Source of the DNA: a virus
Strand: one strand, 5' to 3'
DNA length: 62,394 bases
Virus record (IMG/VR): IMGVR_UViG_3300003375_000002
Under the pieces are notes generated by a model. The model ran no database searches. It saw only the letters and a list, made by a program, of their open reading frames with translations, and was not told the origin of the DNA. Position numbers and translations under genes: made by a program. Position 1 is the first letter of the stretch. Each line of letters opens with the position of its first letter. Below are positions 7,272-14,633 of the stretch, one piece after another.

Positions 7272-7691
7272 ATGAGCTACCGCTTCAGCAACAATGGCGA
7301 AAAATCCAACACTCAGCTAGTCTATGAAGAGATCGTCAACCGGCACAAGCTCGGGATTTTGCCGGTTGAGTTTACGTCGAAAAATTTCGTCGAATATCTC
7401 GGGATCAGCATCAACAAAATTTCGAGCTCTTTTAGATATCTCGAAGGAAAAGGTGTTCTTGAGATCAAAAAACAAGGTCTCAACAGCTTGTTCTTTTATT
7501 CTTTTGTCGAAGAGAAAGATTTGGTTTTTCACTCGAAGCCAATTTTCTCGAACAGAAACATTATCAAGGGCGTCCATCGCCCAAGGAGAAAATTCGAGAC
7601 CGAAGATCAAAAAAGCAAGCAGTCAATAAAAACTCTGCTGAATGAGATTTTTGACATAATCTGCGAAATCGAAAAACTTCTGGATCAATAA
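7272..7691 (+). CDS. Hypothetical protein, possible winged-helix DNA-binding
   Basis: ORF track, in an AT-rich block. The segment FVEYLGISINKISSSFRYLEGKGVL resembles an HTH/wHTH recognition unit (weak). Confidence 0.55.
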   Translation: MSYRFSNNGEKSNTQLVYEEIVNRHKLGILPVEFTSKNFVEYLGISINKISSSFRYLEGKGVLEIKKQGLNSLFFYSFVEEKDLVFHSKPIFSNRNIIKGVHRPRRKFETEDQKSKQSIKTLLNEIFDIICEIEKLLDQ

Positions 7692-7692
7692 A

Positions 7693-8064
7693 ATGAAATT
7701 CAAGCGCGCCTTCCTTATGAATCCGAATTTCCGTTTTGAAACGGAAAAGATCCGGCAAGTCGCGGACGAGCTGATTTACGTCTGCGATACGCCAATGTTC
7801 GACAATTTGATCGGTCAGAACAATCGCCGCAGATTTGAAGACAAGATAGCTTCAGCGATGGCAGATTTCGATTTCGAAAATGACGTCATTGTCGTTTACG
7901 GAGATCCGATCATTATGGCGATTATGATAATGTTCGCTTGCATCATGCAATCGCCAACGGAAATTAAACCGATCAATATCGCACGCTGGTCGGCCAGCGA
8001 AGACAAATATCTTGTGCGTCAAATCTCGGAGGAATTTTTCCCCGAAGAAACTGTGGAGAGATGA
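7693..8064 (+). CDS. Hypothetical protein (123 aa)
   Basis: ORF track. Starts 2 nt after the previous stop. Confidence 0.6.
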   Translation: MKFKRAFLMNPNFRFETEKIRQVADELIYVCDTPMFDNLIGQNNRRRFEDKIASAMADFDFENDVIVVYGDPIIMAIMIMFACIMQSPTEIKPINIARWSASEDKYLVRQISEEFFPEETVER

Positions 8065-8065
8065 A

Positions 8066-8398
8066 ATGTCAGGACAGTATGAGAAAACAGCAAGAATTCA
8101 ATCTGGCGACTGGCAAGCTGCTGCAAAATCTGCTGAAAAGCCGAACAACAATGATGCTGAATTGCAGCGCGCTGCGGCTGCTCTGGCTGCGATCATGATG
8201 GTCATGACGCAAGGTGGAAGAACTGTCCCGAACACCAATGATGTTCGAGGCCTCGACATCATTCGTTCGACACTCAATCGCGTTCATGCTCAAGAGTTGC
8301 AGGGCGCATCCCCGACAGGTTTCACTGGCTCGGAGGATCAATTTAAAACGGAAACCGACCCAAAACTCGCCGCTGTTCGTGAGGCGCTGGAAATCTAA
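8066..8398 (+). CDS. Hypothetical protein (110 aa)
   Basis: In-frame ATG at 8066 with GGAGAG 6 nt upstream. The ORF-track start at 8012 overlaps the previous gene. Confidence 0.6.
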   Translation: MSGQYEKTARIQSGDWQAAAKSAEKPNNNDAELQRAAAALAAIMMVMTQGGRTVPNTNDVRGLDIIRSTLNRVHAQELQGASPTGFTGSEDQFKTETDPKLAAVREALEI

Positions 8399-8400
8399 CA

Positions 8401-8916
8401 ATGGCAATAATTTACCGAACTCCTGAAAATCTCGAAAAATTGCGCAAGATGGCAGCCGCCAAGGTGCCAACAATCGAGATCGCTAGGGAGTTCGGTTGTC
8501 GCCACAACACTGTCCGCGCTTGGGCACGTCAGATGAATATAAAATTGAATAGTCAGATGGATTCTTCAAAAGACCCCTCTGTCAAGAAAAATAGAACGGA
8601 AGGCATCATTGCAGCTTGGCGCCGTCCGGAAGTCCGCGCAAAGGTTAAAGCCTATTGGTCAAGCGAACAAGCCAAAATTCATCAGAAACTTGCTGCACTC
8701 GGTAAAAGGCGCAAATATCTCGCGCGCAAGGCGCAGCTGTCTGTACCCAGTTGGGTTCCGGAGCAGTTAAAACAAAAATACATCAATCGTGCCCACAAGA
8801 ATGGAGAGCTGGAAGCAGCCGCTTGGGCAAGAAAACAGAAGCAAAAAATGAATGTTTCTGGCACTCAAGAAAAGCGTAAAATTCAGTTTCAGCAGAAGGA
8901 GAATAACATTGAATAG
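8401..8916 (+). CDS. HTH-containing DNA-binding protein
   Basis: N-terminal VPTIEIAREFGCRHNTVRAWARQ is a helix-turn-helix-like segment. Confidence 0.6.
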   Translation: MAIIYRTPENLEKLRKMAAAKVPTIEIAREFGCRHNTVRAWARQMNIKLNSQMDSSKDPSVKKNRTEGIIAAWRRPEVRAKVKAYWSSEQAKIHQKLAALGKRRKYLARKAQLSVPSWVPEQLKQKYINRAHKNGELEAAAWARKQKQKMNVSGTQEKRKIQFQQKENNIE

Positions 8917-9526
8917 ATCGATCGTTGTCGGTGTTATTTGCGCCTTGAGTTCGAGCGCAGTCAGCTCTCTGGCTTGGGAGGGTGACGATATACCAGCATT
9001 GTTTTTTGCGCGGGATCGTGGACAGATCCCGAGGTCTGTTCAAATTCTGCAGCCTTATGGCAATCTCGACAGCTCTCGCACGCGCAATGCATTGCTCGTC
9101 GCTGAGGCGGTCCGCGCAAGGGTCGGAGAGCGTTGGGTTGCTTCCGCTCTGAAAATAACAAAGATCGAGAGCAACTACCGTTGCAACGCTGTAAACCGGA
9201 AATCCGGCGCAACAGGTCTAGGCCAATTGATGTTCTATTCCGCGAGGGCGCTTGAACCCGGCTCGGAATATCACAGAGACGACTGCGAAACAGGCGCGCG
9301 ATTGATCGCGCTGCATATGCAGGCCTGCCTTTCGGCAGGAGTCACTAATGAAGCAGAGATGGCGAAATGCCATGTTGCAGGAATTCGCGGATGGAATCAT
9401 CGCCTCGCGCGCTGGGCCGAACGATACAAAGCCTCGTATTCGCGCATGGTTTCTGGCGCACATCCAGTTCAACTCGCAGATGCCAGCGGATGGATCGTCC
9501 GTGGAACAATTTCAATATTTAGATAG
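8909..9526 (+). CDS. Exported lytic transglycosylase (SLT domain)
   Basis: TTG start at 8909 after GGAGAA. N-terminal hydrophobic segment IVVGVICALSSSAVSSLA. SLT signature IESNYRCNAV...SGATGLGQLM. Confidence 0.75.
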   Translation: MNRSIVVGVICALSSSAVSSLAWEGDDIPALFFARDRGQIPRSVQILQPYGNLDSSRTRNALLVAEAVRARVGERWVASALKITKIESNYRCNAVNRKSGATGLGQLMFYSARALEPGSEYHRDDCETGARLIALHMQACLSAGVTNEAEMAKCHVAGIRGWNHRLARWAERYKASYSRMVSGAHPVQLADASGWIVRGTISIFR

Positions 9527-9547
9527 AAGAAGTTAGATTGAAAAACA

Positions 9548-9895
9548 ATGAAAAAGCCAATTGAAATGGGAAAACAATATCGCACCGAGGACGGGCGCGA
9601 GGTCAGGATTTACGCGGTGGATGGCTACAAACCGTATCCCATTCATGGCGCAATAAAATTTAGCGATGGGTTTGGAACCGCATATTGGACAGAGCATGGC
9701 GAAAATGCCGCTACGCCAAATTACAGCCTCATCGAAATCAAGCCGAAGCGCAAGATCGAGTTCTGGGTGAATGTGTATCCAGATTGGGGGACTGAATGTC
9801 ATTCAACAAAAGCCGATGCCGACGGGTGCGCGGCTAGTAATCGTCTGGCATGCCTTCACTTCATCCGCGAGTACGAGGAAGGAGAAGGGCTATGA
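9548..9895 (+). CDS. Hypothetical protein (115 aa)
   Basis: ORF track. Confidence 0.6.
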   Translation: MKKPIEMGKQYRTEDGREVRIYAVDGYKPYPIHGAIKFSDGFGTAYWTEHGENAATPNYSLIEIKPKRKIEFWVNVYPDWGTECHSTKADADGCAASNRLACLHFIREYEEGEGL

Positions 9896-10110
9896 CCATC
9901 CGCGACCGCATAGCACGGGCGATAGCGCCATACGAGCTAGAGCCGACGCCGGAGACACTGGCGACCGCTGATCGCGTGATTGAGGCGTTGCGCGAGCCGG
10001 GCGAGGCGACGATTGAACGGATGTGGGAGCGTTTCGTGTTCTCACCAAGTCTGACGGCGATACAAACGAGATTGCGCGCCGCCTACGCGGCCATATGGAG
10101 CGAGAAATGA
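9892..10110 (+). CDS. Hypothetical protein (72 aa)
   Basis: ATG at 9892 overlaps the previous stop (ATGA). First gene of the GC-richer block. Confidence 0.6.
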   Translation: MTIRDRIARAIAPYELEPTPETLATADRVIEALREPGEATIERMWERFVFSPSLTAIQTRLRAAYAAIWSEK

Positions 10111-10820
10111 GCGAACAACGCAAATACGAATTTACCGGCGAAACCAAGGAATGGTGCGGCATCACGTTGCGCCAAATCCGCGCCGTTCGCGCGATTGGTT
10201 GGATCGCTGCCGGAACTGTTGGCGGCTGGATCGAAAGTGAAGAAAATCTCGATCAAGTTTCCGGCAATGCGTGGGTCTACGGCAATGCGTGGGTCTACGG
10301 CAATGCGTGCGTCTCCGGCAATGCGCAGGTCTCCGGCAATGCGTGGGTCTCCGGCAATGCGCGGGTCTACGGCAATGCGCAGGTCTCCGGCAATGCGTGG
10401 GTCTTCGGCAATGCGTGGGTCTACGGCAATGCGTGGGTCTACGGCGATGCGCGCGTCTACGGCGATGCGCGCGTCTCCGGCGATGCGTGGGTCTCCGGCA
10501 ATGCGCGGGTCTACGGCAATGCGCAGGTCTCCGGCAATGCGTGGGTCTTCGGCAATGCGTGGGTCTACGGCAATGCGCGGGTTGTGTCAAAAATTATCGT
10601 TGCAACGCGATCTGACGGCTACACGTTTTTACTAACCCCCGACAAAGACAATATTTTGCGGATTATCGCGGGTTGTCGGTATTTCGACATTGAACAAGCG
10701 CGCAAACATTGGCGCGAAACGCGCGGCGGAACGCAATTAGGCGACGAAAGCCTAGCGATTGTCGATCATTTGGAGCGCATGGCTAAGATTTGCGGGCTTA
10801 TAAATGGAGGCGACAAATGA
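10107..10820 (+). CDS. Hexapeptide-repeat (G-N/D-A-x-V-x) protein with the same C-terminal domain as 3377..4042
   Basis: About 18 consecutive hexapeptides (GNAWVY GNAWVY GNACVS GNAQVS ...). C-terminus is RSDGYTFLL...ILRIIAGCRYFDIEQARKHWRETRGGTQLGDESLAIVDHLERMAKICGLI. Confidence 0.85.
   Translation: MSEQRKYEFTGETKEWCGITLRQIRAVRAIGWIAAGTVGGWIESEENLDQVSGNAWVYGNAWVYGNACVSGNAQVSGNAWVSGNARVYGNAQVSGNAWVFGNAWVYGNAWVYGDARVYGDARVSGDAWVSGNARVYGNAQVSGNAWVFGNAWVYGNARVVSKIIVATRSDGYTFLLTPDKDNILRIIAGCRYFDIEQARKHWRETRGGTQLGDESLAIVDHLERMAKICGLINGGDK
10259..10582 (+). repeat. Tandem 18-nt coding repeat (hexapeptide array)
   Basis: Units such as tccggcaatgcgtgggtc / tacggcaatgcgtgggtc, read directly. Confidence 0.95.
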
Positions 10821-11128
10821 GCGAGAGCAAGCACACGCCGGGGCCGTGGGAAGTCCATCACGGAACCGATGTAACTGGCTATCCATGTTATTTCATTCAC
10901 GGCTTTGGTGGTGACGAAAAACATGACACAGCCATGCACGAAGCCAACGCCCGCCTCATCGCCAGCGCGCCCGATCTGCTTGCCGAGGTCGAGCGGTTGC
11001 GCGCAAGCAACGCGGAACTGCTGGCGGCGTTGAAAGAGTGTTTAGCTTTTGCGACGCGAAATGAACTCGGCAATTTTGCAAAACGATGCCGCGCCGCCAT
11101 CGCCCGCGCGGAAGGAGGCGAGGGATGA
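10817..11128 (+). CDS. Hypothetical protein (PGPW ... ANARLIASAPDLL type)
   Basis: ATGA overlap start at 10817. The motif is common in small phage proteins of unknown function (from memory). Confidence 0.6.
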   Translation: MSESKHTPGPWEVHHGTDVTGYPCYFIHGFGGDEKHDTAMHEANARLIASAPDLLAEVERLRASNAELLAALKECLAFATRNELGNFAKRCRAAIARAEGGEG

Positions 11129-11376
11129 GCGAAAAAACCATTTGGCACAACATGAGCGACGCGCCCACGTCAGGTTCGCGCATTGTCGCGATTTATAACG
11201 ATGGAAGCGGTGCAAGTTGCTTCATTGCTTTAGATGGCAGCCAGCTTCTTGATGCGGATGGATATGAATTGAGTTTTTTGGACATAGCCGAAAACTATGG
11301 CCAATGGGCTTATTTGCCTGACAACATGAAGCTGTGGTGCGAAATTCGCGAACATGACCCGGTGACGCTGCCATGA
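11125..11376 (+). CDS. Hypothetical protein, DUF551-like
   Basis: ATGA overlap start. W..MSDAP..G..IVA pattern. Confidence 0.5.
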   Translation: MSEKTIWHNMSDAPTSGSRIVAIYNDGSGASCFIALDGSQLLDADGYELSFLDIAENYGQWAYLPDNMKLWCEIREHDPVTLP

Positions 11377-11591
11377 CCCGCCGCCCCGCCACGCGCCAGC
11401 AAGTCGCGCGCGCGATAGCCGCGATAGAGGCCATTGGCAAGCCGGTTGCCGCCGTGTCTGTCCACAAGGACGGGACAATCACGGTTCGCATAGGCGATCC
11501 GCTGGACAGGTCAACCGAGAGCCGCGACGATGCCGAATTTGAAAATATCATCGCCGGGGCGAAACATGGTCAGAATCGCCATGCGAATTAG
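11373..11591 (+). CDS. Hypothetical protein (72 aa) directly upstream of the integrase
   Basis: ORF track. ATGA overlap start. Confidence 0.55.
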   Translation: MTRRPATRQQVARAIAAIEAIGKPVAAVSVHKDGTITVRIGDPLDRSTESRDDAEFENIIAGAKHGQNRHAN

Positions 11592-12621
11592 GTATGTGCA
11601 AATCATCCGATCCAAGGGGATCGAGTTTGCCTATTACCGGCGCGACGGTCGCCGTGTGCCGATCAAGGCGCGTCCGATTGCGTCGCCAGCCTTTGCCGCC
11701 GAGGTTGAGGCAATCGAGAAAGCATGGAAAACGACGCCGATTCCCGCGCCCAAGAACACGGTTGGCGTTTTGATCGCGGCTTATAAGAAATCCCCGCGCT
11801 GGAATGAAATCAAGCCCGCGACCCGGGCAAGCTATGAGCGCGCCTTTGCTGCGCTTAAGCCATTGGAGAATTTCCCCGCCGCGTCGCTGGATCGCCCCAA
11901 GATTTTCCGCTTTCGGGATTCCGTGGTGTTCCCAAAAAATGGCCGATGGATGGCGAACTATGCCGTGACCGTTCTAGGGCTGCTGCTGGCCTTTGGCGTT
12001 GACGCTGGCATGGTCAAGGCCAACCCCCTTGCCGAGCCCGTCAGGAAGCTACGGAAGGCCAAGGGAAGCGCAAGGGCGAATAGGCCATGGACCGCCGAGG
12101 AACGCGCCGTGGTGCTCGCCGAGGCCCCTAACCATGTCTTACTGCCCTTGGCCCTGCTGATGACAACCGGGATGCGGAAGGCCGATGTGTTCAAGGCCAC
12201 GCTAGGCGCGATCAAGGACGGCATGATTTCCGTCAGGACCAGCAAGACAGATCAACTGGTTTCCCTGCCCGTTCACCCCGTTCTGGCGTCCGCGTTGGCG
12301 ACGCGCCCGACCGCCCGGAGCCTCCAAATCGCCCTGAACAGCGACAAGAAACCTTGGACGCCGGATGGTTTCGATACCGTATGGCATAGGTTCCGAGGCC
12401 GCTTGGAAGCCGAGGGCAAGGTTGCGCCCGGGCTGACCCTGCATGGCCTTCGCCACACTCTCGGGACGCTCTTGAAAGAAGCCGGGCTAGACGACGGCGC
12501 GATTGCGGACGTTCTAGGCCAATCATCAACCAGCATGGCCCGGCATTACAGCCGGGAGGCGCAACTATCGACGGACACGAAAGCCAAGGTCCGGGCGATC
12601 AATTTTGGAGGCGGCAAATGA
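11566..12621 (+). CDS. int: Tyrosine recombinase / phage integrase
   Basis: C-terminal catalytic region LHGLRHTLGTLL...MARHYS (R-H-R-Y type). Start chosen at ATG 11566 (GGGG 7 nt upstream); 11581 is also possible. Confidence 0.85.
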   Translation: MVRIAMRIRYVQIIRSKGIEFAYYRRDGRRVPIKARPIASPAFAAEVEAIEKAWKTTPIPAPKNTVGVLIAAYKKSPRWNEIKPATRASYERAFAALKPLENFPAASLDRPKIFRFRDSVVFPKNGRWMANYAVTVLGLLLAFGVDAGMVKANPLAEPVRKLRKAKGSARANRPWTAEERAVVLAEAPNHVLLPLALLMTTGMRKADVFKATLGAIKDGMISVRTSKTDQLVSLPVHPVLASALATRPTARSLQIALNSDKKPWTPDGFDTVWHRFRGRLEAEGKVAPGLTLHGLRHTLGTLLKEAGLDDGAIADVLGQSSTSMARHYSREAQLSTDTKAKVRAINFGGGK

Positions 12622-12857
12622 ACAACAAAATACCTTGCGGTCATTGCGATTCAGGAACCTATTGCGTTATTCCTGTTCTCCATGGCCTTTCAGCTTTTGG
12701 AAATTGCAAATCCACCCGGGAAGCTTTGAAAAAAGCGCCGCGTTGCAAACATGACGATAAACATATTTGTTATGGCGCTCGCGATTGGATTGCAGCGACA
12801 CAATTCCCCTTAACGGAAAATAAGCGCAAGGAAATATTTAACGCATGTTTTGTGTAA
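12618..12857 (+). CDS. Hypothetical Cys-rich small protein
   Basis: ORF track. ATGA overlap with the int stop. Confidence 0.45.
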   Translation: MNNKIPCGHCDSGTYCVIPVLHGLSAFGNCKSTREALKKAPRCKHDDKHICYGARDWIAATQFPLTENKRKEIFNACFV

Positions 12858-12884
12858 AAAAATTTCCGAACACGCCCTGAACAA

Positions 12885-13073
12885 AAGTGGCAAACCAAAG
12901 TGGCAAACCGTAGAAGCGAAATTTAAGTTATTGGTGCCCGGGGGCGGAATCGAACCACCGACACTGCGATTTTCAGTCGCACCCTACGCGCGCCGCATCA
13001 ATTACTTAGCCGAAAACCAGAATGGCAAACGGCCCAAAACGGCCAATAGGTTGCGCGAGATTTGGCAAACCGG
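12885..13073. other. attP-like module 1: tRNA-Phe 3' fragment flanked by TGGCAAAC repeats
   Basis: AGTGGCAAACC twice in tandem (12886-12909), the tRNA fragment at 12932-12981, then atGGCAAACgg (13021-13032) and tTGGCAAACc (13061-13072), all in the same orientation. Lies next to int. Confidence 0.6.
12932..12981 (-). other. 3' portion of a tRNA-Phe(GAA) (anticodon arm to CCA); not a complete tRNA
   Basis: The reverse complement reads TGCGA CTGAAAA TCGCA GTGTC GGTGG TTCGATT CCGCC CCCGGGC ACCA. No D-arm or 5' acceptor strand upstream. Confidence 0.8.
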
Positions 13074-13082
13074 AGAGACAAT

Positions 13083-13538
13083 ATGAGCAACAGACCTTGT
13101 TACATTTTCGACATTGACGGGACGTTGGCGGACCTGACGCATCGGCTTCCACATATTCAGAAAAGCCCGAAGGATTGGGATGCTTTTTTCGAGTCGTGCG
13201 ATGACGACGACCCGATTGAGCATGTTTGCACTTTGGCAAATTCGGTGCGGCGCGCGGCGTCGAGCGTGATTTTTGTTTCAGGTCGCAGCGACCGCGTTCA
13301 TGGCAAAACGCGCAAGTGGCTGGAAAGGCATGTCGGATTGTGGGCGCTCACCGCGCCGCTCTACATGCGCCGCGACGGCGACCACCGGCCCGATCATGTG
13401 GTCAAGCTGGAATTGCTGGAGGAAATCCGGGAGCACGGATACGAGCCAATCATGGCTTTCGACGACCGGGACCAGGTTGTGAAAATGTGGCGCGAGGCGG
13501 GCGTTCCATGTGCGCAAGTCGCGCCGGGGGATTTCTGA
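13083..13538 (+). CDS. HAD-superfamily phosphatase (polynucleotide 3'-phosphatase / nucleotidase-like)
   Basis: Motif I FDIDGTL, SGR, and AFDDRD. ATG at 13083 after GGAGAG. Paralogue of 59149..59595. Confidence 0.75.
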   Translation: MSNRPCYIFDIDGTLADLTHRLPHIQKSPKDWDAFFESCDDDDPIEHVCTLANSVRRAASSVIFVSGRSDRVHGKTRKWLERHVGLWALTAPLYMRRDGDHRPDHVVKLELLEEIREHGYEPIMAFDDRDQVVKMWREAGVPCAQVAPGDF

Positions 13539-13546
13539 TCCGCCAA

Positions 13547-13757
13547 TTGATAGAGCACCGATAGAGCACCACCAACCGTCAGAAAGCCTTTAAAATTGGT
13601 CGGAGTGAGAGGATTCGAACCTCCGACCCCCTCGTCCCGAACGAGGGAACCGCGCGCGAAAACAGCGGTTTTATTGGCTTTTCGCGAATTGTGCGGTGCT
13701 CTAAAAGCGCGAACAGAACCGAAACGTGATCTCGTTAAAGCACCGATAGAGCACCCG
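13547..13757. other. att-like module 2: tRNA-Pro 3' fragment flanked by GATAGAGCACC repeats
   Basis: GATAGAGCACC at 13549-13559, 13560-13570 and 13745-13755. An inverted ggtgctcta sits at 13696-13704. The tRNA fragment is at 13597-13647. Confidence 0.55.
13597..13647 (-). other. 3' portion of a tRNA-Pro(CGG); not a complete tRNA
   Basis: The reverse complement reads CCTCG TTCGGGA CGAGG GGGTC GGAGG TTCGAAT CCTCT CACTCCG ACCA. No 5' acceptor strand. Confidence 0.8.
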
Positions 13758-13770
13758 AAGGAGCGAGCAA

Positions 13771-13971
13771 ATGAAATCCAACCTGATCGACATAACCGTG
13801 GTGAAGCATGCGGAAACAACCAAGGCCGTGCTCGTGAGCGACAACGGCGACAAGTCTCGCGGCGTGTGGGTTCCGCTGTCGCAATGCGAGATCGAGCCGG
13901 AAGACGGCGAGAAGGACATTTACGTCCTGACGCTTCCCGAATGGCTGGCGATCGACAAGGGGCTGATCTAG
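13771..13971 (+). CDS. Hypothetical small protein (66 aa)
   Basis: ORF track. GGAG upstream. Confidence 0.6.
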   Translation: MKSNLIDITVVKHAETTKAVLVSDNGDKSRGVWVPLSQCEIEPEDGEKDIYVLTLPEWLAIDKGLI

Positions 13972-14023
13972 GGCGCCCGCCCTGTGGATTACGGGGATTG
14001 ATGGCGGCGCCGGGGCCGCTGGA

Positions 14024-14230
14024 GTGAGGGGATGGAAAGCGATGCGCCGCGAAAAAGAAATGTACGCTGAATATCGCCTGTCTTTTGGGCAGCATGTCGT
14101 AGTCATCTATCAATGGACAACAGACAAAGGCGGATCGTGGCGAACCATAACGAACCTGTTTTGCCCCGACGAGCCTTACGCGCGCGGAATCGTGGCCGCA
14201 TTTCCCGAACGCAAGGGAGACAAGGAATGA
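14024..14230 (+). CDS. Hypothetical small protein
   Basis: ORF track. Start uncertain (14024 or 14042). Confidence 0.45.
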   Translation: MRGWKAMRREKEMYAEYRLSFGQHVVVIYQWTTDKGGSWRTITNLFCPDEPYARGIVAAFPERKGDKE

Positions 14231-14433
14231 CGCAAGAGGATAAGGCTCGCCAGTGGGATTTGAACGCGGCAAAGAATGCGGAGATTAAGCGCCTTCGCGC
14301 CGCGCTGGGCGAAATGCGGGAGTGGCTGCATGACCCGAAACTTGCAATGTGGAGCTATGTTGAAAGCGTCGAAATGTACGATGACATAGTTAAATTGCGC
14401 GCCACAATCGACAAGGCGATGGGGGAAGGGTGA
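14227..14433 (+). CDS. Hypothetical small protein (68 aa)
   Basis: ATGA overlap start at 14227. Confidence 0.55.
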   Translation: MTQEDKARQWDLNAAKNAEIKRLRAALGEMREWLHDPKLAMWSYVESVEMYDDIVKLRATIDKAMGEG

Positions 14434-14633
14434 TGGAATGGCAACCGATTGAGACAGCGCCCAAAAAAGATAATATTGATATTTTAGTTTATCGGCCAAC
14501 ATGCGAGCCAAATGCAAACATCCCCGAGGTCGGGGTTGATTATTATTCAACCCGCCTTGGCGGGTGGGCGAAATCAAATCACGTTCACCAACCTACTCAT
14601 TGGATGCCGTTGCCCAAACCGCCGAAGCCCTAA
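14433..14633 (+). CDS. Hypothetical protein, DUF551-like
   Basis: MEWQPIETAPK...HWMPLPKPP pattern. ATG at 14433 overlaps the previous stop. Confidence 0.55.
   Translation: MEWQPIETAPKKDNIDILVYRPTCEPNANIPEVGVDYYSTRLGGWAKSNHVHQPTHWMPLPKPPKP

Noticed and set aside
10162-10635. ORFs 10162..10590(-), 10195..10635(+) and 10271..10615(+) overlapping the hexapeptide array
   Set aside because: The same reasoning applies: they are repeat-generated open frames (HCRRPT, AMRGST, GLRQCV strings). The real gene is the 10107..10820 frame.
12932-12981. Complete tRNA genes at 12932..12981 (Phe) and 13597..13647 (Pro)
   Set aside because: Only the anticodon arm, variable loop, T-arm and 3' acceptor strand are present. 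The upstream sequence has no D-arm and no complementary 5' acceptor strand. These are att-type tRNA fragments, not functional tRNAs.
13394-14272. 292-aa minus-strand ORF spanning the HAD gene end, the tRNA-Pro fragment and several small plus-strand genes
   Set aside because: It runs through a tRNA-derived segment and intergenic repeats. The product is Arg/Pro/Ser-rich, as expected for an open frame in GC-rich DNA. It opposes the local gene orientation and the stop/start coupling.
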